The notes beneath the pieces are model-generated. The model was not told the DNA's origin and did no database searches. It saw nothing but the letters and a program-made list of their open reading frames with translations. From the IMG/VR virus record IMGVR_UViG_3300001199_000002, positions 1 to 48,061 of that record: DNA of 48,061 nt, one strand, 5' to 3'. The position numbers and the translations under genes were made by a program. Positions 29,991-39,609 of this stretch are shown here, piece after piece. The first letter of the stretch is position 1, and each line of letters opens with the position of its first letter. This DNA comes from a virus (Duplodnaviria; Heunggongvirae; Uroviricota; Caudoviricetes).

Positions 29991-30743
29991 CTACGAACAT
30001 ACGTTCACCATCGTTTGGGGTTTCTTGATACAAAGCCCGCAGCGCGAGCACGAGAAGTTTGCTGGCATATCCTTGCCACGTTCGAACGGGCAGACGGTAG
30101 CGCCAGCGATACGATGCAGAAGGGGCGCAACAACATCGGGATTCTGTCCCTTTGCGATTGCCTTTTTACGCTTCCATTGGTGATTGCCTTGGCGCGCATT
30201 GTGATTCGTGCGGAACACAATATCCTCACGGCGCAACCATTCGGGCGCACTATCGTCAGACGTGAGATAGCACAAACGGTAATCATCCGCATAGGGAACT
30301 TCGGGCATGCCCGTATCCTTATCGACAGACAGATTCACATTCACGTTGCTAAGTGCATTTAGCGACATGATAGCAAACCACAATTCTTCGATACGCCACG
30401 AGCGAGTATACGCATAGAACGTTACGTCCTTGCGCGCTGTCGCGATACGCTTCCACTTCTCGATATACTCCACACTGTGGAAGTCACCGCTAACGTGGAT
30501 ACGGAACTCGCAACCGTGCGGAATGTTGCGGATCATGTAGCGCACGAACTCTGCACTATCGGCGAATTCGTGGTTACGCGCATACTTGCGCCCCACGTTC
30601 GGATAGGCGCTCGCGAGCTTGAACGCATAGCACTTGCTAGCGCACAATTCTGTGGCACCGGGACACGTAACCTTTGCGGGAAGATCGAACGAGTAGCACG
30701 ACGTTTTATCGTTGCCCTCGCTGATATAGGTAAGGTCGGCCAT
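29991..30743 (-). CDS. GP88-like Cys-rich phage protein
   Basis: GNDK...FDLPA..TCPGA...C...CYA...FRIHVSGDF...FYAYTRSW...CP...C..CG.C. Confidence 0.7.
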   Translation of the reverse strand: MADLTYISEGNDKTSCYSFDLPAKVTCPGATELCASKCYAFKLASAYPNVGRKYARNHEFADSAEFVRYMIRNIPHGCEFRIHVSGDFHSVEYIEKWKRIATARKDVTFYAYTRSWRIEELWFAIMSLNALSNVNVNLSVDKDTGMPEVPYADDYRLCYLTSDDSAPEWLRREDIVFRTNHNARQGNHQWKRKKAIAKGQNPDVVAPLLHRIAGATVCPFERGKDMPANFSCSRCGLCIKKPQTMVNVCS

Positions 30744-32133
30744 CGCTCTAGTATACCCTACTTCCTTCTAGTTGTCCAGTATTTCGGTCAGAAACCTTGC
30801 AGAAAGATTCTCAAAATAGGACTTGACAAACCTCCGGGGGTGTGATATACTAGCCTATACTTCAGGAGACCCGTATACCCGCGCTGCAAGCGCGAGACCT
30901 CGCGCTGTTCCGTTGTGCAACGCCGAGCGGGCGCGCTGTCTCAGGTTGAGAACACGCAACTCTCAATCAGAGACGCGGGCAAGTCGCAGTAGTTCTTACC
31001 GATTGCCTTCAAAAGTCTCTCGTTGAGACGAATGGCTTCATCGGGGAAAAGCGATGCATGATCGTCGATCGCGTATAGCGCATACAGTTGCCGAATGATT
31101 TCGCGCCAACTCATCGGCGGTATCCTTGGCACTGCGCGCAGTTACAGACGACGGCAATCACTACTGGTTCGTTTGTCATTGGAGTTAGTTGTTGTGTGGT
31201 CCTTCGTGGTGAAGAGCAAGCGAACAACGGTCACCCGTCCATCCGCTTTCGCAACGCTGTACCACGGCACCCCGACGTTCGGTTGTGACTTCGTGGCTTT
31301 TCGCGTTCGGATACCGATTCTGTAGGTATCTCAGTTCCCGCATGATCGGCCAAGCCGTATAGACTGGACCGATGTAGTGGTCATCGACGTAGAGATACAG
31401 ATTGCGCTTGAGTCTCATCGTTTCCTTTTCGTTCTAGTTGCGATGTAGTATCCTACCACAAGAACAACTAGAGTCAAGAGGAATGTCGTATCTTGTCCCA
31501 TAAGGGGACTAGTCTGCGGCATGGCCAGGATTCTCGAATGGGGATTCGTATTCCTGGAACTCAAGCAATGCCATGTTTACGGCATAGCGAGCATCGGAGT
31601 CGGCAATCTCCGGGCATTCATCTAGTAGCAAATACGTCTCGCCGTTTGGAGCCTTCCAGTCTCGAAGTGAGACCTTATAGGATCGATTGAGACCTTGCGG
31701 ATTCGTGACAAGGATTAGAGCGCGGGGAATCCCGAACTCAGCCATTACGATTCGTGCGCTGTAGTTCACTTGTGCCACCTAGGACAAAAGAAAGGACAAC
31801 GCAAGTCAATGCCATAAGCACGACAAGCGGAATCCACAACGGGGAAAGAATCCAGAATCGCACTAGACTTCCTTCTTACTGGCTTCCACACACGCGATGG
31901 CGTGCGCATCGAAGTCGATTGAGGTAGCGAAGAACTTGCCGCATAGGCTGCACTTGCATGATCCACACATGCTAGAAGCATACCACATATTCGCTAGTTG
32001 TCAAGCGACCCATCACAGATTCCCTATATGAGACAGTATTGGCCCGTTGCGCATGCGCGAGGCGTCGCGCTGTCTCAAAATGATACCACCCACCATCCGT
32101 GCGGGGGATGGCGGGCGTCGTCCGGCTTCCGTC

Positions 32134-32427
32134 TCAGTCTTGGACGATGTAGGTTTCCCCGCTCACCTTGAACGATACGAGCGAGGCGATGTTGACCATC
32201 CGATATTCTCGGCTTGAGACTTCGAATACCGTCAGCAGGAGTTTCGATTTGGGATCGTACGGAAGCTCACCGCCGCGCAGATACTTGCGAACTCCGCGAC
32301 GGCAAACCATTTCGCGCATCGTTCCATCCTTCTTTTGGAAGTAGACGGAAAAGATCCGTCCGCCAGTCTCGTTTTCGAGCCACTGTGCCGCACGTTGGCG
32401 GGGAATGATTTGCACGTTCAGGTTCAT
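32134..32427 (-). CDS. Phage SH3/WYL-like fold protein
   Basis: GRIFSVYFQKKDGTMREMVCRRGV...YRMVN; related to 39610-40044. Confidence 0.55.
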   Translation of the reverse strand: MNLNVQIIPRQRAAQWLENETGGRIFSVYFQKKDGTMREMVCRRGVRKYLRGGELPYDPKSKLLLTVFEVSSREYRMVNIASLVSFKVSGETYIVQD

Positions 32428-32493
32428 GTTTCGGTAGGAGTTAGGGACGCGAGTAGTATACACTACCCGCGCCCCTTTGTCAAGCCCCGTGGC

Positions 32494-32988
32494 TCAGTCG
32501 TCCTGATTCGAGACGCTGCCCGCCTCGATCTCGGCTTCCGTCCGCTCGCCCTCACCGGGCAGAATGTAGAGCCCCGTGGGGAACTCCACGGTCTCGCCCT
32601 TCGCCGCGCGTTCCAGTGCCGCGTTGAGGGTTTCCAGGTCGAACGGCACGCGCCCGTTCGTCTCGATGGCCCGCGCCTTCGCGGTTTCCAGGTCCGCCAG
32701 ACGCTTCTGCGCGTTGGCAATCTTCGTCTCGATGTCGGACACCGCCGGGCTGTTCTCCGTGGCAGCGCGACCGTTCAGCAACGTTGCCGCCGCCTTCATG
32801 GCAGTGTCACGGCGACGGATGGCACGCTTCAGCCGCGTGACCATGTAGGAATCGTCCGCCGTTTCATCGAAGTTGCCGGCAATCTGCGCCTCGATCTTCG
32901 CCAGCTTGAGGCGAAGGGCTTCCGCCATCTGGGCTCGCGTGCGCCGATTCCGCTTGCCACCACCACCATTGTTTTCGTTCGTCGTCAT
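32494..32988 (-). CDS. Coiled-coil hypothetical protein with basic N-terminus
   Basis: KRNRRTRAQMAEAL; AAGGA RBS; heptad-like helices. Confidence 0.65.
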   Translation of the reverse strand: MTTNENNGGGGKRNRRTRAQMAEALRLKLAKIEAQIAGNFDETADDSYMVTRLKRAIRRRDTAMKAAATLLNGRAATENSPAVSDIETKIANAQKRLADLETAKARAIETNGRVPFDLETLNAALERAAKGETVEFPTGLYILPGEGERTEAEIEAGSVSNQDD

Positions 32989-33306
32989 CGTTCTTTTCCT
33001 TTTCGTTTTGGTTGTTGTTTCGGGGAGTCGTTCCCCTCGTTCGCTTGAATCATACCATGCTTTTCGGCAAGGTCAAGGAAAGCGGCAAGAATCTTTTGCA
33101 GGTCTATTTTCAAGAATCTAGCGGTTTTTTACTTGACTACAGATTGCTTGTGTGCTACGCGCGGACGCGCGCAGAAAGAAAGGTGCGAGTCCCACTTTGA
33201 GATTTTACAATTTCGTGGTTGACAAGCTGCGCGATATGTGCTATACTTAGGAGGGAGGACCGTTTTGCATGCGCGAGCCGCTTCGCTGTTTCTCAAAATG
33301 AGAAAA

Positions 33307-33423
33307 TGGTGGAGGCGGTGGGAGTTGAACCCACGTCCAACTAGACAAGTCCCGTTTTGGTACAAAAGCCTTTCGGGATGCGGACTTTCACCGCCGTTCT
33401 AGTTGTCGAAACCCGTCGCCCCC
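33307..33423 (-). ncRNA. Minimal tmRNA-like RNA (tRNA-like domain only, 117 nt)
   Basis: 5' GGGGGCGACGGGTTTCGAC ... GGACGTGGGTTCAACTCCCACCGCCTCCACCA 3'; G3-U70 pair, A73, no D stem. Confidence 0.8.
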
Positions 33424-33804
33424 ATTAGTCCGGCTTATAGACTGGCACAATCCAGGCATCGGTGCCGTTGTTGAACTCTGCGGATTCTTGCGCATCCTCG
33501 CTAGTCTCGAATGGTCCGGTGATAACCAAACCATCGAAGGGGTTGCCGTTCACCACAAGAAAGCCGTTGATTTCGTCGTCCATGGAAGGATTATACACCA
33601 TCCTTATATGGTGTCAAGTCCATTTCGGAAACTACCGCCAGGGCATCCCCGAATGGGATTTCGTATAGGAATGCCAATTTGGCAGCAGCAATCGGCTGGA
33701 CGAAGTTTGTGCTCTGTCTCAGTTCGAGAATGATACGTTCGGCAACACGGTGGATGTCCGCACCTTTGATGATGCGCGCAGCGATTTCTTTGCGGTCCAT
33801 AGCA

Positions 33805-34320
33805 CTACCTTACAAGGGCTTCCATAAACCTAAACTTCTCACGTTCGTAGTTGTCTCGCGTCTTCTCGCCAAGCTCAAGATCATACCCGATATTCCCGTA
33901 ATCGAGTAGGACAAGCGTGCCATCTTTTCTCTTTCCGAGATTGGCACTCTTGATGTCCCCGACAGTGAAGGTATACCCATGTTCCTTCAATGCTGCGTGG
34001 AATCTATCCTCGAACTCTCCCGACTCGTGGCACGAGACGCTCGTATCGAGACGATCCATCACAACGGTGCGCCCATTGCGAGAGATATACAAGGGCTTTG
34101 CCAGGAAGTCACGCATATCCTCGTGAATGAAGATATAGGTGTCCCATTCCAGGACACAATCGGGATCGTTCATGTTCCGAACGCTCTTGAATGCGTACTG
34201 GTCCTTGAGGCGAACATTGCGCCAGCTTCCGCAATTGTCGTAGTCCGCACTTGAGAAACCCTTGTCGTTGTAGGAAAGGGACAACTCTTCGGCAAGGGCA
34301 ATCATTTCTTCTGCGTTCAT
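33805..34320 (-). CDS. Minimal protein-kinase-like protein
   Basis: GSWRNV (Gly loop remnant), YAFK, GDIKSANLG catalytic loop, LVLLDYG. Confidence 0.65.
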   Translation of the reverse strand: MNAEEMIALAEELSLSYNDKGFSSADYDNCGSWRNVRLKDQYAFKSVRNMNDPDCVLEWDTYIFIHEDMRDFLAKPLYISRNGRTVVMDRLDTSVSCHESGEFEDRFHAALKEHGYTFTVGDIKSANLGKRKDGTLVLLDYGNIGYDLELGEKTRDNYEREKFRFMEALVR

Positions 34321-34393
34321 GGTATCGAAGTATACCCTATGCAACTAGAAAAGGCAAGCAATGCACAAAGATCCAATCTCAAAGTGAGACACA

Positions 34394-34410
34394 AGCAACA
34401 AGCGTGCCAA
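34394..34410 (-). promoter_or_regulatory. sigma54 (-24/-12) promoter
   Basis: TTGGCACG-CTTG-TTGCT. Confidence 0.75.
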
Positions 34411-34489
34411 GCCTCGATATGATACGCTATATTGTCTCATTTTGGGACTGTGCGGCATGCGCGAGGCGCTGGGCTGTCTCAGCTTGAGA

Positions 34490-34807
34490 CTATGGCCCAT
34501 CGTATTCGTAGCTGTCGTCGAAGTCATCCGGTGGATCGAAGTCATCGGCAGCGGCATCGAATGCGCTTTCCGATATGGCATCCCATTCCTTTTCGGTCAA
34601 GCGATCGAGAAGGATTTCCAGGGTCGGCGCAAACGTCGGGCATTCACCCTTCGCACCCCAGTATGCTTCGAACTCGTCCCAATCCGAGACGCGCACGGAT
34701 TCCATCTCGCATTCGGGCGGGCTTCCTGGGTAGTCGCGCGTTGCGCGTTCGCCACCGCTCACGCTCACCTCGACCAGCATTCCCTTGTGTTCGATTTCGT
34801 AGCTCAT
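34490..34807 (-). CDS. Highly acidic small early protein
   Basis: 105 aa, D/E-rich tail ADDFDPPDDFDDSYEYD; leaderless sigma70 promoter. Confidence 0.7.
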   Translation of the reverse strand: MSYEIEHKGMLVEVSVSGGERATRDYPGSPPECEMESVRVSDWDEFEAYWGAKGECPTFAPTLEILLDRLTEKEWDAISESAFDAAADDFDPPDDFDDSYEYDGP

Positions 34808-34812
34808 GCCTA

Positions 34813-34841
34813 AGTATACCCTTTTGGCATCTAGTTGTCAA
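34813..34841 (-). promoter_or_regulatory. Consensus sigma70 promoter, leaderless (representative of roughly 20)
   Basis: TTGACA-ACTAGATGCCAAAAGGG(17)-TATACT-TAGGC-ATG. Confidence 0.85.
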
Positions 34842-35104
34842 GTCAGCGATTGTATCCCCGTCTCACAATGAGCTTCCACACGTAGCCACGTTCCCCGACG
34901 TGCGTAGCAATCAGAACGCCATCGGCAATGCGGTAGACGTTGGCAGAGACTTTGCCATCCGACCAGTTTTTCCAATCGATGCGAAACGTAGGCATGCCAT
35001 AGTATACATCTTTTGTTTCTAGTTGTCAAGTCAGTAGTTTTATTTCTTGTCTCTATATGAGACATCACACCTACCACCACGCATGCGCGAGCAGGCTCGC
35101 TGTC

Positions 35105-35713
35105 TCACTTTGGGACCGCCACCCATCCCCGAAAGATATCCGACCAGATGGTACCGATCGGTGCCTTGAATCGAGACTCAAACTCTTCGGTGATTGAGGC
35201 GACCGCAGATACAACGTCGTCGATCGAGATTCCCGCTTTGAGAGCTTCGCGTGCGCCATTGATTTGCGCCCGACGTTCCGTATCCCAATCGATACCAACG
35301 ATAACCGGGTAATCTTTTCCCATTTCGGTATCGTGCGTTGCGTGGTCCCAATCGTGGAAAAACCACGTTTCGTTTTCGCCTTGCCATTGCACGTTCCATT
35401 CCCCGCCGATTTCTGCCATTGCGGCAACCAGAACAATGCCCGAGTCAGCGTCTCGAATCGATACACTCTCTTCGTGGTCTAGGTCCGACAGTTTTTCGGC
35501 AGTCTCTACACCATCGCGAGCTTGTCCATTTTCGATTGCGTCCCCGATTGCTTCGGAAATCGTGCCGAACGTTTCCAGTTTTGGGAATACGACAAAGATA
35601 CGCAACAGATCGGCGACACTCAGTACCCAGCAGCATTCGCCATTGTTTTCGCTTCCGTAATCCTCGACATAGAGGGAAACGTTGAACGTCGCGTTGCCTA
35701 GTTGCTTCTTCAT
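35105..35713 (-). CDS. Hypothetical early protein
   Basis: ORF ends VPK-TGA inside the palindrome; start at MKKQLG after TATACT. Confidence 0.65.
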   Translation of the reverse strand: MKKQLGNATFNVSLYVEDYGSENNGECCWVLSVADLLRIFVVFPKLETFGTISEAIGDAIENGQARDGVETAEKLSDLDHEESVSIRDADSGIVLVAAMAEIGGEWNVQWQGENETWFFHDWDHATHDTEMGKDYPVIVGIDWDTERRAQINGAREALKAGISIDDVVSAVASITEEFESRFKAPIGTIWSDIFRGWVAVPK

Positions 35714-35785
35714 GGCAAAGAAGTATAACACACAAACGCAAGCGAGGCAAGTTTAGCTCTAAGATCCTATCTCATTATGAGACCT

Positions 35786-35802
35786 AGCAATCCTCGTGCC
35801 AA
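35786..35802 (-). promoter_or_regulatory. sigma54 promoter
   Basis: TTGGCACG-AGGA-TTGCT. Confidence 0.75.
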
Positions 35803-35881
35803 GTCTCATTTTGATATGATATATGTTCTCGTTTTGGGACCATGCTGCATGCGCGAGGCGCTGCGCTGTCTCAAGATGAGA

Positions 35882-36145
35882 CTATCCCTCGCAACGATAG
35901 TGCGCGGTCTCGTTATTCGTCGCGTGTGCGACTAGCTCAACAAACCCCGGATCAAAACCTAGGGCGCGCTTTGCTTCGATTGCAAACTCTCGCGCTGGCC
36001 ATTCCATGCCATCCGCCATTTGGAACGTCCCATATACGTGTTCGGTTCCAGCATTGGCAGCAAACTCAGAATGCGTATTGAGTTTGTCGGTGATTTCTCG
36101 CACGGCGCAAGGTCCGCACCAGAAACGGAATCGGAACGTTGTCAT
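35882..36145 (-). CDS. Hypothetical early protein
   Basis: 87-aa ORF; TAG overlaps the palindrome edge. Confidence 0.55.
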   Translation of the reverse strand: MTTFRFRFWCGPCAVREITDKLNTHSEFAANAGTEHVYGTFQMADGMEWPAREFAIEAKRALGFDPGFVELVAHATNNETAHYRCEG

Positions 36146-36818
36146 GCTACCAATCCTCGCAATCTGCGTAGTCTGCCGTTTGTTCTTCGTTCATGCCTAA
36201 GTATACACTAGGCTACGCTAGTTGTCAACTTGCTAGGCTCGAATCGTGGCCCATTCCGGGACGAACACATAGCGATGCACCAGATCATGCATCAAAATGG
36301 GATTGCCCTTCGCTTCCGGGATCGCGCGCAACGGATCGACGACAACGTATAGGGTTTGCGTCGGACACTCAGCGGGAGTAGTCGCGCGAACCTCAGTACC
36401 TTTCGGAATCGTGAACGTGGCAAGGAACATCCTGCCCGTTATTTCTTGGTTCGTCTTTCGCATGTTACATACTACCCTAGTTGTAGGATCGGCAGCAGCC
36501 AACCGAACAGAACTGGCGCAAGGTGTCCCATTGTGGGGCGCGATTCATGATGCCATCCGATTCCCAGCGATAGCGGTATTTCGCGGGCTGGCCACACCAC
36601 GCGCAGGATTTGCGGTCCTGAATCGGGACAGTCTGCCGCATCATGGTCGCACGGGCAAACGGATCGCGTTCCAGTTGTGTCGTTTTCATTGCGTCTAAGT
36701 ATACCTTAAACATCGCCAGATGTCAAGGAAAACGCTACCTATAGCGTCTCATTTTGAGACCTGGATGGCATTGTGTTCGCATGCGCGAGGCACTTCGCTG
36801 TCTCGCTTCGGGAAGATC

Positions 36819-37124
36819 CTAGTTGTTCAGGATTGCTTCGATTGTCTCGTATAGATACTGCGCAGCAGACTCAGACTCGGGACCATTCGAGCACCTGCCC
36901 GGACAGAAACCGCACATGCAAAGCACGCGGTACCAAACCGAGAACTGTCCGTCGTGGTAGTCGTTCCCGATCCAGTATAGCGCTTCCGCAACATCGAAGT
37001 CGGAACCTTCGCCGCCCGTCCGTTCGTGCAACGCCAGTTCCCGCAAGATCAGTTGCCCGCGAGCGTGTTCGGCGAGGATCGGCGCAACGTTGCGCAGGGT
37101 TTCCGAGTAGCGTTTCGTTCGCAT
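36819..37124 (-). CDS. Hypothetical early protein
   Basis: FDVAEALYW..NDYHDGQFS..Y; TATACT 5 nt before ATG. Confidence 0.65.
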   Translation of the reverse strand: MRTKRYSETLRNVAPILAEHARGQLILRELALHERTGGEGSDFDVAEALYWIGNDYHDGQFSVWYRVLCMCGFCPGRCSNGPESESAAQYLYETIEAILNN

Positions 37125-37432
37125 GTTTAAGTATACCCTAGTTTTCGTTCGTGGTCAAGTTTAGCGCTATGTTTTCGGTCCCGATATGAGACGCTATATG
37201 GTCGCTCGCTGGTACGGTTTTTGCATGCGCGAGCTGCCGCGCTGTCTCGTTAGGAGACATCCTCCGAGAACTCCAGTTCCACATTGGGAATCTCGATCGG
37301 GGTATTCATCCCGTCCCAGTGAACAGTCACCGTTCCCTTTTCGAGATTCTCGGCGACTACCGTTCCGGTGTTGAACTCGCTCTTTACTCGCTTTTTCATG
37401 GCACCTAAGTATACCCTAGGTTTCGCTAGTTG

Positions 37433-37645
37433 TCAAGCGGGGAGTTCGTCGAAAACGATATCCTGTCCCAGATTGAGATACCCGTGTTTGTTCTGTGCGA
37501 AGTTGTACACGTACAGCCAACGCTGTCCCATCTTGAGAAACGGGGTTTCGTTTCCACCGCAAGCGGGAACCCACCGATCGGCGCAACCCACTCGCGCGAT
37601 TTCGTAATCCAGTCTCGACTTGAGAACTTCGATCGGGGTTTCCAT
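37433..37645 (-). CDS. Hypothetical early protein (WVPACGGNETPF type)
   Basis: Compact ORF with GAGG RBS formed by the upstream palindrome. Confidence 0.6.
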   Translation of the reverse strand: METPIEVLKSRLDYEIARVGCADRWVPACGGNETPFLKMGQRWLYVYNFAQNKHGYLNLGQDIVFDELPA

Positions 37646-37653
37646 GGTTTGCC

Positions 37654-37854
37654 TCACTTCGAGACGAGATCGCGAACCCGCTTCGCTTCCGCGAAACGCT
37701 TGCCACGTTCCAACATGATGGCAACCCGCTCGGCGGTACTGGCGACCGTTCCCGTTTCGATCGATTCGACCAAAAGGGAAGCGTGGAAGGGGAATCCCTG
37801 CGCGGCGAGTTTGTTCGCTTCGCGTTGGATCTTTGCGAGAACCTTGTCGGACAT
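37654..37854 (-). CDS. Hypothetical early protein
   Basis: Ends VSK-TGA in palindrome; TATACT 5 nt before ATG. Confidence 0.6.
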   Translation of the reverse strand: MSDKVLAKIQREANKLAAQGFPFHASLLVESIETGTVASTAERVAIMLERGKRFAEAKRVRDLVSK

Positions 37855-37986
37855 GCCTAAGTATACCTTGCTAGTTGTCAGAAGTCAAATCATCTACACA
37901 AAAAACAGTCTCTATATGAGACCACCAACCAACGCACAACGCATGCCCGAGCGGGCTCGGTGTCTCAGAACAAGACGCCGCCCGTC

Positions 37987-38262
37987 TCAGACCGGGACGA
38001 TCTTCGCGCGCTTCGCGGCGGCAACCTGATCGGCGAGCTTCTTCGCGAGTTCCCGCCCCTTGTCGGTCAAGGTCAACAGAAACTGCGGACCACGTTCCAC
38101 CGCGCCGATCTTGACCAGGACAGCGACCAGACTCATGAATTCCTCGTATGAGACGTGCGCCATCAAACCAGCGTAGAGAATCCCCTCGCGAACTTCCCCG
38201 GTGGTTTCGTCCAGCGAGGAAATGACGGTCGCGACCAGGACAGCGAGCTTGCTTTCGTTCAT
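37987..38262 (-). CDS. Small winged-helix-like early protein
   Basis: LV.IGAVER...LTLTDKGRELA wing motif; ends VPV-TGA in palindrome. Confidence 0.55.
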   Translation of the reverse strand: MNESKLAVLVATVISSLDETTGEVREGILYAGLMAHVSYEEFMSLVAVLVKIGAVERGPQFLLTLTDKGRELAKKLADQVAAAKRAKIVPV

Positions 38263-38407
38263 GCCCAATTATACCACCTATCTTTCTAGTTGTCAAGTTT
38301 CGACGATCGGAAGTTTACGCATACGTCCCTATATGAGACGCCCATCCGCCCGCATTGCATGCCCGCGCAGGCGCGGTGTCTCATTGCGAGACTTTCCGCG
38401 CTAGTTG

Positions 38408-38701
38408 TCAGAACTCCTCGGATTCAAAGAAGTCCCGTTCCGCTTCGTATTCGGCATCATCCCATCGGGTACCGTCGTCGCCGTAGTCCTCGTCCGTTCC
38501 CATGCCAGCGCTTGCCAGCGCTTCCGCGTCGTCGCTCTGGTCGTCGATGCTCTGGCGTTCCAGGCGGTCGATTTCCGCGAGGAACTCCGCTTCCATGTCG
38601 TCGCCATCGTCGTCGCTCAGATCGTGCAACGGCGGCAGATCGTCGGGCGAAACGGCGGCGTAGTGGTCGGCGGCGAACGTGGTCGAAAGCGGGTCGCTCA
38701 T
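38408..38701 (-). CDS. Highly acidic early protein (ALASAGMGTDEDYG motif)
   Basis: About one third D/E; leaderless-type -10 upstream. Confidence 0.7.
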   Translation of the reverse strand: MSDPLSTTFAADHYAAVSPDDLPPLHDLSDDDGDDMEAEFLAEIDRLERQSIDDQSDDAEALASAGMGTDEDYGDDGTRWDDAEYEAERDFFESEEF

Positions 38702-38772
38702 GCCAGAATCATACCACACAAAAGAAAGGAAGGACGGAATTGCGCGCTATGCAATCTCATTTTGATTCTAGA

Positions 38773-38789
38773 TGCAAAAAGCGTGCCAA
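38773..38789 (-). promoter_or_regulatory. sigma54 promoter
   Basis: TTGGCACG-CTTT-TTGCA. Confidence 0.75.
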
Positions 38790-39188
38790 CTAAACCCAGG
38801 GGCCTCACCAAAGTCCCAATATGAGACCCATACCCCGGACCCTGCGCATGCCCGAGAGGGCGGGCTGTCTCAGAATGAGACAAACCCTCGCAGTCTCAGA
38901 GCGAGACTTTCGCGGGGCTGCCCGTCTCGCGCAAGGCGAAAGCCTCGGCATCGGACAGCATATCGAAGTCCCGTTGTGAGATGTACTGCGCGCGTGGCGC
39001 ACCATCGTACGCGATGTCCCGAATTAGGACCATCCACCGATTCGCGGCGGTCCGGTAGACGCGGGCGCGGGAAACCCGGACGGGCGCGGCGGGCGGTGTC
39101 CAGGTCAGCAGCAGAGTTTGCGTTTCCATCGGTTGCACCATTGTATCACATAGGACGCTAGTTGTCAAGTACTGGCATCCTATAAGTC

Positions 39189-39437
39189 TCAAGCCGAGAC
39201 CGGGAGAAGGATTGCGCTACCTTGCGCCTTGAACACCACGCGACCCCACTTCTCAGTTTGGGAATCCGCGACAACAAACTTGCCAGCGAACTTTCGCGCG
39301 AGTTCTTCGCAGATTGAGAAAAGCGATTCCGTCTCGGTTTGGTACACCGTTACGACGGTTTCGGGAAAGTAGGAAATGATCCCGACGAAACCCGCGCCCA
39401 TGCGGAAGACGTTGCCCGTTACCATTGCGTTGCCCAT
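39189..39437 (-). CDS. Hypothetical early protein
   Basis: Ends VSA-TGA in palindrome; sigma28-like promoter. Confidence 0.6.
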   Translation of the reverse strand: MGNAMVTGNVFRMGAGFVGIISYFPETVVTVYQTETESLFSICEELARKFAGKFVVADSQTEKWGRVVFKAQGSAILLPVSA

Positions 39438-39444
39438 GCTACTA

Positions 39445-39472
39445 TTATCGACATTCTATCTTAGAAACTTGA
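39445..39472 (-). promoter_or_regulatory. sigma28/FliA-type promoter
   Basis: TCAAGTTT-N12-GTCGATAA, 7 nt before ATG. Confidence 0.65.
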
Positions 39473-39609
39473 GAGAGGCAGTCTAGTTGTCTCATTTTGA
39501 GACCTAAGCACATAGCATGCCAAGTACCCACGCAACAGCATAGATTGTCTCATTGTGAGATTTTGCAGCAGAGCAGATGCCATGTACCGCGCACAGCATC
39601 CGCTTTGTC

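Noticed and set aside
39557-39584. Possible sixth sigma54 site (TGGCATC-N4-CTGCT)
   Set aside because: Too degenerate to support.
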